A DNA stretch of 64,000 nucleotides. Source: an uncultured delta proteobacterium. GTDB lineage: Bacteria; Myxococcota_A; Polyangia; Polyangiales; Polyangiaceae. Positions 46,045-54,569 of this stretch are shown one piece after another. The stretch covers positions 96,001-160,000 of the forward strand of contig CAVQUB010000008.1 in the NCBI GenBank assembly GCA_963716725.1. Reading direction: 5' to 3'. The notes below the pieces were generated by a model. That model searched no databases. It saw only the letters and a program-made list of their open reading frames with translations, and was not told the origin of the DNA. A program made the position numbers and the translations under genes. Every line of letters starts with the position of its first letter. Position 1 is the first letter of the stretch.

Positions 46045-46442
46045 GATGCGTTCCTTTCGGCGGCGATCGCACTCAGCAGGACGGCGTCGTCCGCCAGGGA
46101 CTCGGCTTCGTCCAGCTCTTCGTCGACCTCCACGGAGTGCCCAAGGTGTCGGAGAGCCCGGGCGCGCCCGAGGTGACACCACCCTGATTCCGGCACCAGG
46201 GCACTCCCAATCAGGTAGCGCGCCGCCGCCATCGGCCAGTCTTCGCTACGCTCGCGGCTCACACCGAGCCCGATCCAAGCGCGCTCGTCGCCGGGTGCGA
46301 GCAACGCGAGCAATCCGAAGAAGCGCTCAGCAGATCTGGGGTCGTCGTTCTCGAGGGCTTCGTAGGCGCTTGCGTAGACGCGCTCTGCGAGGATCGACAG
46401 CGAAACCGGCGAACGTAGCGTGATCGGCAGTCCGGCGTGCAT
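46041..46442 (-). CDS. SycD/LcrH-like TPR translocator chaperone
   Basis: VYASAY...AERFFGLLALLAP.DERAWIGLG...A...Y..G..L.P; small and acidic. Confidence 0.75.
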   Translation of the reverse strand: MHAGLPITLRSPVSLSILAERVYASAYEALENDDPRSAERFFGLLALLAPGDERAWIGLGVSRERSEDWPMAAARYLIGSALVPESGWCHLGRARALRHLGHSVEVDEELDEAESLADDAVLLSAIAAERNAS

Positions 46443-46445
46443 GGC

Positions 46446-47045
46446 TCACCTCCCGACGTTTGCGGCGATGGCGTCGGTGCCCTTGTTCAGGGCGGAGATG
46501 AGGTTCGTCGAGAGCTGGATCGCGGTCTGGCGTGCCGACATGGTCGACTGCAAGCCGATCATCTCGAGCTGGGCGCTCGACTCGAGCTGCTTCATCATGT
46601 TGCCGACGTACTCTCTCGAGGCTCCAACCTCGGCGGTGTAGTGGAGGCCGTCGGCGATGAACATGATCTGGCCCTTTTCGCTCAGGTCCTTCTCCAGTTG
46701 CGCGCCCAGCTTCGGGTCGTACGATTTGACCTCCTCAATCGCCGCCTTGATGTTCTTCTCGTAGTCGGCGTCGTCCTTGCCGACCTCGTGTTTCGTTCCC
46801 ACGAGCTTCTTGTTCCCTTTGTCGTCGTCCAACTTGTCCAGCTCGTTCTGGATCTTCATCAGGGCCTTGCGGACACCCTCGATGTTCTTCTGCTTCTGAA
46901 ACACACCGTTGATCTGGTCGTCGAGGCTCGAGAGGCGCGCCGAGAGGTACATCATCATTCCCTCAGCGGTGAGCGCGTTGGGGTTGGCTGACTCGAGCAG
47001 GCTGGGAGCAGTCGTGGTGGGCATGGCTGGGTTGATCTGGGGCAT
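46446..47045 (-). CDS. Bsp22/EspA-like T3SS tip or filament protein
   Basis: C-terminus QLEMIGLQSTMSARQTAIQLSTNLISALNKGTDAIAANVGR resembles the Bsp22-type terminal helix; N-terminal coiled coil; AGGAG Shine-Dalgarno. Confidence 0.6.
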   Translation of the reverse strand: MPQINPAMPTTTAPSLLESANPNALTAEGMMMYLSARLSSLDDQINGVFQKQKNIEGVRKALMKIQNELDKLDDDKGNKKLVGTKHEVGKDDADYEKNIKAAIEEVKSYDPKLGAQLEKDLSEKGQIMFIADGLHYTAEVGASREYVGNMMKQLESSAQLEMIGLQSTMSARQTAIQLSTNLISALNKGTDAIAANVGR

Positions 47046-47073
47046 TGGGTCTTCTCCTATTGGTTGATGTGGT

Positions 47074-47298
47074 TCAGGCGCGGATTGCGCCGAGTGGCTG
47101 GGGGTTGCTCGCGGAGTGCCGAGGGAGGCAGGCTGCTTCGAGGTCGTCGAGGAGACCCGGGTCGGCGCAGACCAGTGTTCCGACGTCGAGCTCCGCGAAG
47201 GCGGCGCGCACTTGGGACCAGGTTTGGTTTTGTTCGGCCAGGGTCGCCGCGCATTCGTCGAGGGTGTTCTGGATCTCGCGAGTGAAGTCGTCCGTCAT
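47074..47298 (-). CDS. Small acidic protein (74 aa), first gene of the translocon-like operon
   Basis: GGAG Shine-Dalgarno, MTDDFTREIQNTLDEC..., helical and acidic. Confidence 0.55.
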   Translation of the reverse strand: MTDDFTREIQNTLDECAATLAEQNQTWSQVRAAFAELDVGTLVCADPGLLDDLEAACLPRHSASNPQPLGAIRA

Positions 47299-47402
47299 TG
47301 GTTTCTCCGTTCGGCACTCCCTCGGCCCGCCCACCGCCCCAGTTGCGCCGTTTTTCTCCGACTCGCCCTCCGCCTCCCTTTCCGGCTATGCTTGCCCTTC
47401 CG

Positions 47403-47888
47403 ATGCGTCGCCCGACCCTCGCCTGGGCCCTCGCCTTTGCCCTCGTCGCTGCTGGTGGCGTTGCCCTGACCGGCAGCGACGTGGAGGCGCAGCCCAAGAA
47501 GGGCCAGAAGGTCAAGAAGGTCTGGAAGAACGGCAAGCTGGTGCCGGCGGAAGAACCGCCGGACGAGGCCGCCGCCAAGGACGAGCCCAAGCTCGGCGCC
47601 AAAGACGCCAAGGAACCCAAGGCCGAGGGGGCCAAGGAGTCCAAGACGGGTGGCGACAAGCCGAAGACCACGACGGGGGCGCCGTCCGTGCTCGAGACCA
47701 AGAGCGAGGGTGACGGCGGCGTGAAGACCTACAAGTTCGGACCGGTCGAGGTCGAGGGACGCCTCAAGTCGCCTCAGGTCGTCTACTTCATGCGCCGTGT
47801 CCGCGCCGAGTTCGCGGCCGGCGCCCTCGGGCACCGCTCGTTCATGCGGGAGCTCAGTGATACCCGTCGAAGCCCTGCCGTGAAGTGA
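47403..47888 (+). CDS. GltF/CglF-like exported protein
   Basis: Signal peptide, Lys/Glu linker, C-terminal YKFG.VEVEG.LKSP..VY..RR...F...RSF..EL. Confidence 0.6.
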   Translation: MRRPTLAWALAFALVAAGGVALTGSDVEAQPKKGQKVKKVWKNGKLVPAEEPPDEAAAKDEPKLGAKDAKEPKAEGAKESKTGGDKPKTTTGAPSVLETKSEGDGGVKTYKFGPVEVEGRLKSPQVVYFMRRVRAEFAAGALGHRSFMRELSDTRRSPAVK

Positions 47889-47897
47889 GAGTTGACG

Positions 47898-49307
47898 ATG
47901 GCCCTACCTGTTGCGCTTCCGATCGTCCTTCGTACCGCCGCCGTCTGGGGCACCACCGTGATCGCCATGCGTCAGCTCGGAGGCGGTGAGTCCTTCGCCT
48001 TCGGTGACTTCAAAGAAGCGTCACTGCCCAAGCCCGACGGCAGCCCGATGCCCGACGTGCCCGTGCGCGCGGTGGGGACGGGCTGGGAACTCGACGCGCG
48101 GGGCGCGACCGGAGGCGTGGTCTTTCTGCGCGGTCGTCAAGAGAACGCCGCCGACCTTGGTCGTGGCGGCGCCCCGGTTCCGATCGTCGCTGGCGACTTC
48201 GGAGTCGTTCAATACGGCCCGACCTTCAGCGTCTTCTTCCAGTTTGCCAACGTACCGCCGCCGATTCGTGATCGGATACGCGCGGAATGGGGGCTGATCT
48301 TCGCCTTCATCTTCTCGCTGGTGGCGATCTGCGGCGGGCTCGCCATGGTCTGGGCCATCACCACACCTCCGGCCATTCCGAAGCCCCTCGAGCTGACCAG
48401 CGCGGCAGAGCTCGCGGTTCAGTTCAACTTGAAAGACGAGCCCGTCGAGCCCGAGAAGACCACCGGCAAAGATCAAGACTCGGACAAGGGTCAAGGCATC
48501 AAGGATCCCGGCGCCAAAGACAAGAAGGACATGGGCGGCGGCAAGAAGATCAAGGGCGCGGAAGGTCAGCTGGGCAAGCAAGGCCTGGCCGACAAGACCG
48601 AGCTGAAGGGCGAGATCCGCAACGGCCTTGGTGGCATGTCCGAGGTGCTCAACAGCGAGGTGGGTGACGAGGTGCGCAAGACCCTCGGCACCATCAGCTC
48701 CGTCGCCGACGCGCTCGGCGGGTTGCGCTCGGACAACATCGTGCTCGGTCGGGGCACGGGCACCGGCTTGAAGGGTTCGGGAGCGGGTGGCGGCGGTGAC
48801 GGCGAAGGCGTGCCCTTCGGTTCGGGAACGCTCGACACGGGTTGGGGTCCTGGCAAGGGTGGTGGCTTCGGATCGGGCAGCGGCGGACCAGGAGGCCGGG
48901 GTCTGGGAGGCTACGGCAAGGGCGGTAAGGGCGGCGGCGACGGCTCGGGTTCTGGCTCGGGCTCGGGACCGGGTGAAAAGAAGGTCGAAGGCAAGGACGT
49001 GCCGAAGCCGGGACAGGGGCTGACGCCGGCTCAGATCTCCCGCGTGGTGATGTCGCGCTACGGCGCGTTCCGCGCCTGTTACGAGTCCGCGGCGTCGTCG
49101 AACCCCAACATGCAAGGCAGCGTCGGCATCTCGTGGAGCATCTCCGCCGGCGGTTCGGTCGCGGGCGCGAGCGTCGGCGGCTCGTCGCTGGGCAATCCCC
49201 GCGTCGAGGGCTGCATCGTGCGTCAGTTCAGCCGGTTGAGCTTCCCCTCCGCGGACAAGCCCACGAACGCTAGCTGGACGTTCAGCTTCAAACCCAGCAA
49301 GAAGTGA
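47898..49307 (+). CDS. GltG-like inner-membrane protein with an AgmX/PglI (TonB-C-like) C-terminal domain
   Basis: FHA-like N-terminus, single TM helix, Gly/Lys-rich linker, GLT..QISRVV...FRACYE...GSV...VEGCI...FP. Confidence 0.75.
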   Translation: MALPVALPIVLRTAAVWGTTVIAMRQLGGGESFAFGDFKEASLPKPDGSPMPDVPVRAVGTGWELDARGATGGVVFLRGRQENAADLGRGGAPVPIVAGDFGVVQYGPTFSVFFQFANVPPPIRDRIRAEWGLIFAFIFSLVAICGGLAMVWAITTPPAIPKPLELTSAAELAVQFNLKDEPVEPEKTTGKDQDSDKGQGIKDPGAKDKKDMGGGKKIKGAEGQLGKQGLADKTELKGEIRNGLGGMSEVLNSEVGDEVRKTLGTISSVADALGGLRSDNIVLGRGTGTGLKGSGAGGGGDGEGVPFGSGTLDTGWGPGKGGGFGSGSGGPGGRGLGGYGKGGKGGGDGSGSGSGSGPGEKKVEGKDVPKPGQGLTPAQISRVVMSRYGAFRACYESAASSNPNMQGSVGISWSISAGGSVAGASVGGSSLGNPRVEGCIVRQFSRLSFPSADKPTNASWTFSFKPSKK

Positions 49308-49395
49308 GACGGTGCATCCGGCGTCGGGCGCGAGTTTGAGCGCTGGCACGCGCGTGGCATACTTCGAGACCAAGCTCTTCATAGGGGTCCGAAAA

Positions 49396-50322
49396 ATGCC
49401 GAAAACATCGCTCCTCGTGTCCCGTGCTCTGGGGTCACTCGCCCCCGGCCGTTGGGGGTCCTTGCCCTCGCGTGTTGCTCTCGCTGGCGTGGTGGCCCTC
49501 TTCGCCGTCGGCTGCGGTGAAGAAGAAGAACGCCGCACGCTCGAGCCCATCCAGCTCGGCATGACCAAGGGCATGGCCGCCATCTACGAGGGCGACGAGA
49601 TGAGCCTCTTCGAGGTGAAGAAGGCCGTCGCCTTCCCGATCCGAGCTCCCTCCGCCGGCGAGCAGGCCGCCCTCAACGGCAGCCCCGTCGCACCGTATCC
49701 GAGCAAGCCCTGGCTGCTGAGCAGCGACCTCAAGGTGCAGGTGAGCTGGACGCTGACGAACCTGGATGAAGAGACCCACAACGTCGAGCTGCTCATCGAT
49801 CCGTGGAACGAGTTCGGGCGCTACTGGCCGGGCATCGCCGTGACCGACGTTGAACGGAACGACCAGATGCCGAACCTCTCCGGGATCGACATCTTGATGG
49901 AGGTGCCGGGAACGAAGAGCGGTCGCCCCTCGCGAAAGCACGGGCTCTTCACCACCGAAGACATGAAAGAGCTCGGGATCGACTTCGCGACTGCGATGAA
50001 CATCCTGCTCAACGCCCCGCCACCGGATCCGACCATCGAGGCGGAAGACAACCCCACGGTGGGGCTGATCAACCACGCCTTCGCCGTCGAGAACCGGTCG
50101 TACAAGGATCTGTACATCAAGCAGTACATCCCCCAGACCATCGCGGGGCTCACCGGTTTCGACATCGGTCTTCGGACCTACGAAGAGGCCAACGTCGCCA
50201 TCGAGATCTTGGTCGAGGTGGTCGACACGGGCAGCGGCAAGGTGGTTCAGCGGGACGAGAAAGACCCAGTGATGCCCGAGCCCACGACCTTCGTCACGGC
50301 GGGCAACGGCCCCGGCTACTGA
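49396..50322 (+). CDS. Lipoprotein of unknown function
   Basis: LFAVGC lipobox; strong codon bias. Confidence 0.7.
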   Translation: MPKTSLLVSRALGSLAPGRWGSLPSRVALAGVVALFAVGCGEEEERRTLEPIQLGMTKGMAAIYEGDEMSLFEVKKAVAFPIRAPSAGEQAALNGSPVAPYPSKPWLLSSDLKVQVSWTLTNLDEETHNVELLIDPWNEFGRYWPGIAVTDVERNDQMPNLSGIDILMEVPGTKSGRPSRKHGLFTTEDMKELGIDFATAMNILLNAPPPDPTIEAEDNPTVGLINHAFAVENRSYKDLYIKQYIPQTIAGLTGFDIGLRTYEEANVAIEILVEVVDTGSGKVVQRDEKDPVMPEPTTFVTAGNGPGY

Positions 50323-50377
50323 GGCTACTGAGCACCTCCAAAGGCTCGTTTGACACGCGGAGATGCCGTGACCGAGC

Positions 50378-52027
50378 GTGAGTTCGGTGACTGAACGATT
50401 CGACCTTGGCGCGGCCCTGCCCGCCCTGACCCGCGCCTTCGAGGCGATCGGGGCCCCGCTCGTCGTGCACGGGGACGATGGCTTTTCCGTCCAGTTCGAC
50501 GAGGAGCCCCCGGTCTCGATCTCGCGTGACGGCACCGGAGGTCACGTAGAGGCGCTGGTCGAGGCCATTCCGGAGCCCGTCTTCATCGTCGGGCTGAACG
50601 GGATCTCCTACGGCAACCCGGCGGCCGTTCGGCTCTTTGGCTACGCGCGGATCGAAGAGGCATTGGGCCAGGACCCACGGAGCATCACCCACCCCGGCGA
50701 CGTGCCCGAGCTCGAGCAACGAGTCGTCGCGATGCTGACGCATCGTCGCACCTTGCCGCCCTTCGAGTACCGGGTCTTCCGTCGGGACGGCAGCTTGATC
50801 ACCATCGAGGTCAGCTCCATCCCCGTCGACTACCAAGGGGCGCCATCGATCCTCAGCTTTGCCCGCGACGTCACCGAACGCAAGCGCACGGAGGCAGCGC
50901 TGCTGCAGGCCGACCGGCTCGCCGTGCTGGGGTTTCTCGCGGGTGGGCTCGCGCACGCGATGAACAACCCGCTGTCGTACGTGCTGCTCAACCTGGACGA
51001 AGTGGAGCGCTCACTGGTGCGGGGGCTGCCCACCGACCCGGAGCGCGAACGTGTGCTTCAGCGACTCCGCGAGGCGTATCAAGGCGCGCAGCGCATCGCG
51101 GAGGTCGTGCGCCGCATGCGAGCCTTGTCGCGGGTCGACGACGACAAGCGGAGCCCCGTCGACGTCCGCGGAGTGCTCGAGTCAGCCCTCAATCTGATGG
51201 GCAACGAGCTTCGCCACCGTGGCGAGTTCACAGTCGAGCTTGGTGAAGCGCCGCCCGTCTTGGCCAGTCGCAGCCGACTGGAGCAGGTGTTCCTGAACTT
51301 GCTTGCGCACGCCTCACAGTCGCTGCCCGAGAGCGGCGAGGGCAGAATCCTGCTGACGATGACGGGCGACGCGGCCCGGGTCGTGGTCGAAGTGCTCGAG
51401 CACACCGATGCGGTCGACCCCGGGGAGATATCAAGGATGCTCGAGCCCTTTCCCACGCCACGGGAAGGCATGCGCAGGATGTTGAGCCTGCCGCTGTGCC
51501 GCAGCATCGTCGAGGGGCTCGGTGGAGAAATGAGCGTGGCGGACCAGGCCGGCGGGTTGCGGGTGCGCCTCGTCCTCCCTACCGCAGGCGCTCGCACCAG
51601 CCCAGGTGCCCCGCTCTCGACGAGTCGGGTCGTCGGACCCTCGAAGCCAGCCCCGGTGCGGATCTTGGTCGTCGACTCAGACGTGACGGTCGGACCGGCG
51701 CTGCGTCTCATTCTGCAACCCGAACACTCCATCACCTGCATTCGCGACGCGAAGGAGGCCGTCGAGGCGCTGCTCGCGGGTGAGCACTACGACGCGGTGC
51801 TTTGTGACGCGAACTCATGCTCCGAAGCAGGGAGCTTCCTCGACGAAATCGAGACCCAACGTCCCGAGCTTCTCCCTCGCATCGCGCTCATGGTTGGTGG
51901 CGAGCCCACCGACGAGCAGCGACGACTGCTGGCGCGAGTGCTACGTCGAGTCATCGGCAGGCCCTTCGACCGCGACAAAGTGCGCGCGCTCGTGAACGAG
52001 CTTCGGAGCGAGCCGGAAGCTCACTGA
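50378..52027 (+). CDS. PAS-HisKA-HATPase-receiver hybrid sensor with degenerate ATP-binding boxes
   Basis: PAS (HPGD...RDVTERK), H-box LAHAMNNPL, receiver VVDSD...LCD. Confidence 0.85.
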   Translation: MSSVTERFDLGAALPALTRAFEAIGAPLVVHGDDGFSVQFDEEPPVSISRDGTGGHVEALVEAIPEPVFIVGLNGISYGNPAAVRLFGYARIEEALGQDPRSITHPGDVPELEQRVVAMLTHRRTLPPFEYRVFRRDGSLITIEVSSIPVDYQGAPSILSFARDVTERKRTEAALLQADRLAVLGFLAGGLAHAMNNPLSYVLLNLDEVERSLVRGLPTDPERERVLQRLREAYQGAQRIAEVVRRMRALSRVDDDKRSPVDVRGVLESALNLMGNELRHRGEFTVELGEAPPVLASRSRLEQVFLNLLAHASQSLPESGEGRILLTMTGDAARVVVEVLEHTDAVDPGEISRMLEPFPTPREGMRRMLSLPLCRSIVEGLGGEMSVADQAGGLRVRLVLPTAGARTSPGAPLSTSRVVGPSKPAPVRILVVDSDVTVGPALRLILQPEHSITCIRDAKEAVEALLAGEHYDAVLCDANSCSEAGSFLDEIETQRPELLPRIALMVGGEPTDEQRRLLARVLRRVIGRPFDRDKVRALVNELRSEPEAH

Positions 52028-53004
52028 TCCGGCGATGCCGGCTCCATCAGGAGCGAGAGCAAGGCCCGCTGGAGCTTCGACGGATCGAAGCCGATCCGAA
52101 GGCGCACCGCGGCCGAATCGACGTCGACCTTTGACTCGCTGACCGGATCGATGGCCAGGGCTGCTCGGGCTTTGGTCGCCATCTGGTCGGTCCACTTGCC
52201 GAGCTCGGAGCAAGCAGCCGGCGTCGGGCACGAGAGCAGCAAGCTCGCGCGTGGCTGAGGATCGAGGTCGATGCGAAGCGCGCCGGCACGCACCGCTCCC
52301 AGCGGGGCTTCGCTGGCCTCGTCCTGGGGCACCCACCGCGTGAGCCAGCCGGGGCGCGTGATGAAGGTCAGACTGATGGCGCCGTGTCCCGCCACGGCTT
52401 CGCGCAGCGCCGCGTGCGCCTCGTCCCCGAGCAGCGTCGGACCGCGGCCGTCCGCCGCGTCGAGCATGGCGCGGAAGTAGGCGCCTTCGCCCACCATCAC
52501 GGGTCCTCCGCTGCGCACCGCGACCTCGGCACCGTCGCGCGATCGATCGCGAACCGACGCAAAGTCACCGATTCGACTCAGGGCCGGGGTCCCTCCACGC
52601 CTTGTGATCACCTTCGCCACACAGCCGATGATGCGGTCCGCGTCGAAGTCCCCGGTTGCGACGATGCCGAGTTCGGGCTCGGCGCCTGACTCGGGCATCG
52701 CGATGGCGAGCTCTCGAATCTGCTCGGTGGGATCGAATCCACAGATCTCGCCGAGGCTGCCCAGCCCCGACAGTTCACGCCCGCCGCCGGTCAGCGCGGC
52801 GCCGAGTGCGCTCTTCCTCACCTGAGTCAGATCGATGCGCGCGAGCACTTGGGCGCCAGGCGGCAGCGCCGAGAGCGCGGGCGCGAGCCGCGTGGGCCGG
52901 CCTTCGACCTCCGCCCTGCGCGGGGTCTGGGGCCGCGTGAAGAGCCACGCGGCCGCGAGGACCGAGCCCAGCAGGATCCAGCGCTCAGGGCCCGCTGAGC
53001 TCAT
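52021..53004 (-). CDS. Membrane-anchored hypothetical protein
   Basis: N-terminal TM helix; ALPPGAQVLARIDL...CGFDP pattern. Confidence 0.65.
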   Translation of the reverse strand: MSSAGPERWILLGSVLAAAWLFTRPQTPRRAEVEGRPTRLAPALSALPPGAQVLARIDLTQVRKSALGAALTGGGRELSGLGSLGEICGFDPTEQIRELAIAMPESGAEPELGIVATGDFDADRIIGCVAKVITRRGGTPALSRIGDFASVRDRSRDGAEVAVRSGGPVMVGEGAYFRAMLDAADGRGPTLLGDEAHAALREAVAGHGAISLTFITRPGWLTRWVPQDEASEAPLGAVRAGALRIDLDPQPRASLLLSCPTPAACSELGKWTDQMATKARAALAIDPVSESKVDVDSAAVRLRIGFDPSKLQRALLSLLMEPASPDQ

Positions 53005-53026
53005 GCCTCACTCGCTCGAGGCGAGC

Positions 53027-53329
53027 CTACTCCCGCGCGTCGTCGTGGCGGCGCCCGCCGTCGTGGCGGCGCCCCTCGGGCCGCGGCGGGAATACGCGGC
53101 GGTCCAGCGGCGCGCGGCGACCGACCAGCGACCGGCGCCCGTCGGGCTCTGGAAAGACCTGCTGCAGTCCATCGACGTCGCCTGCGCCAGAGCGGCGCAG
53201 CTGATCCGAGTGCTGTGCGCAGAGCGCCACGATCCGATCGCCGATCAGCACACGTCGCACGCGCGTCGTATCGGGCGCGGGGGTCGAGGTCTTCGCCATG
53301 TTCGCACAGACTTCGCAGGGGCGTTGCAT
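53027..53329 (-). CDS. Small protein with putative CxxC...CxxH zinc site and Arg-rich tail
   Basis: CEVC...LCAQH; fills the gap between neighbouring genes. Confidence 0.5.
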   Translation of the reverse strand: MQRPCEVCANMAKTSTPAPDTTRVRRVLIGDRIVALCAQHSDQLRRSGAGDVDGLQQVFPEPDGRRSLVGRRAPLDRRVFPPRPEGRRHDGGRRHDDARE

Positions 53330-53572
53330 CGCGCCGACGCTGACTCGGACTCGGGCCCGAGGCCAAGTTTCTGCGCCGCCGCTTATCGAAGCCTGGGCTC
53401 AAGAGCTGTCGAAAATTCGACAGCTCTTTCACTTTGTCATCGGGGAGGCACGCGCCTCCCCGCCCCACCGAAGTGAATTCGTTGGGGCCCCACCCCACGC
53501 GACGCGCTTCGCGATACCCGACGGGGTGGGCCGGCTCCGCCGGCTTGCGCTCCGCCATTCTTCGACAGACCT

Positions 53573-54514
53573 TCAGCTGGAGTGGCATCGCGCTTCGACC
53601 CACGCGACCACGTCCTCTTCGACGGGTCGGCCCACGAAGCGCGAGAGTTGCTGAATGCCCGTCGGGCTGGTGACGTTCACCTCGATCAGCTTCTCGCCGA
53701 TCAGGTCTAGCCCCACGAACCAGAGCCCGTGAGCGCGCAGGCGCACGCCGACGTCGCGCACGAGTCGGTCTTCGATCGGCGTGAGTTCGGTGGGGCGAGC
53801 GTCACCGCCGACGTGGATGTTCGCGCGGAAGTCGTCGGCCCGCGGGACGCGCAAGATCGCGCCCAGGGGCTCGCCGTCCAGGACGAGCACGCGTTTGTCA
53901 CCCGAGACGACGTCGGGGAGGAATTCCTGCACCAGCGCGAGGTCCCGTCCTTCGCGCGTCAACAGGTCGGCCAACGCCCGCGCGTTCCGATCGCCGGTGC
54001 TCAGCGTCACGACGCCGGCACCGCCGGCGCCATCGAGGGGCTTGAGCACCGCGTGATCGCCGACGGACCTGACGAATTCGAGGATGCGAAGCGGATCCGA
54101 CGTCACCAGCGAACGCGGCATGTATTCGCTAAAGTGAAATGCAAACAGCTTCTCGTTGGCGTCCCGCAGGCCACGCGGATCGTTGACCACCAAGGTCCTG
54201 TCTTTGATCAGGTCGAGCTGCTGCGTGAGGTGGGCGTAGGCGGGATCGAAGGGCGGGTCCTTGCGGATGAACACCGCGTCGAGATCCGCGAGGCCGACCA
54301 CGTCGGGACTGCCCAGCTCGACATGAGGCGCCTGATCGGAGACCCGAATCGGGCGCGCGAGCGCGCGAACATCGGCGCCGTAGTTCATCAGCTGAGAGGG
54401 CTCGGCGTGCAGGCAATGGTGCCCGCGAGCCTGGGCGGCGCGCATGAAGGCAAAGCTCGTGTCCTTGTCGGGCAGCATGCCCAGAGCGGGATCCATCACG
54501 AACAAGAAGCGCAC
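53573..54514 (-). CDS. gshB: Glutathione synthetase
   Basis: FVMDP...KDTS, RKDPPFD, NEKL, KPLDGAGG, GDKR, RANIHVGG, EVNVTSPTG. Confidence 0.95.
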   Translation of the reverse strand: MRFLFVMDPALGMLPDKDTSFAFMRAAQARGHHCLHAEPSQLMNYGADVRALARPIRVSDQAPHVELGSPDVVGLADLDAVFIRKDPPFDPAYAHLTQQLDLIKDRTLVVNDPRGLRDANEKLFAFHFSEYMPRSLVTSDPLRILEFVRSVGDHAVLKPLDGAGGAGVVTLSTGDRNARALADLLTREGRDLALVQEFLPDVVSGDKRVLVLDGEPLGAILRVPRADDFRANIHVGGDARPTELTPIEDRLVRDVGVRLRAHGLWFVGLDLIGEKLIEVNVTSPTGIQQLSRFVGRPVEEDVVAWVEARCHSS

Positions 54515-54569
54515 GTCGTTTCGTCCCTTTGCAGATTGGCGGGACGAGCGTATCAGACCAGGAGTGATC

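Noticed and set aside
47299..47402. Sigma28-type promoter for the translocon-like operon
   Set aside because: GCCGA words are present but there is no convincing TAAA -35 element at 15-bp spacing in this GC-rich context.
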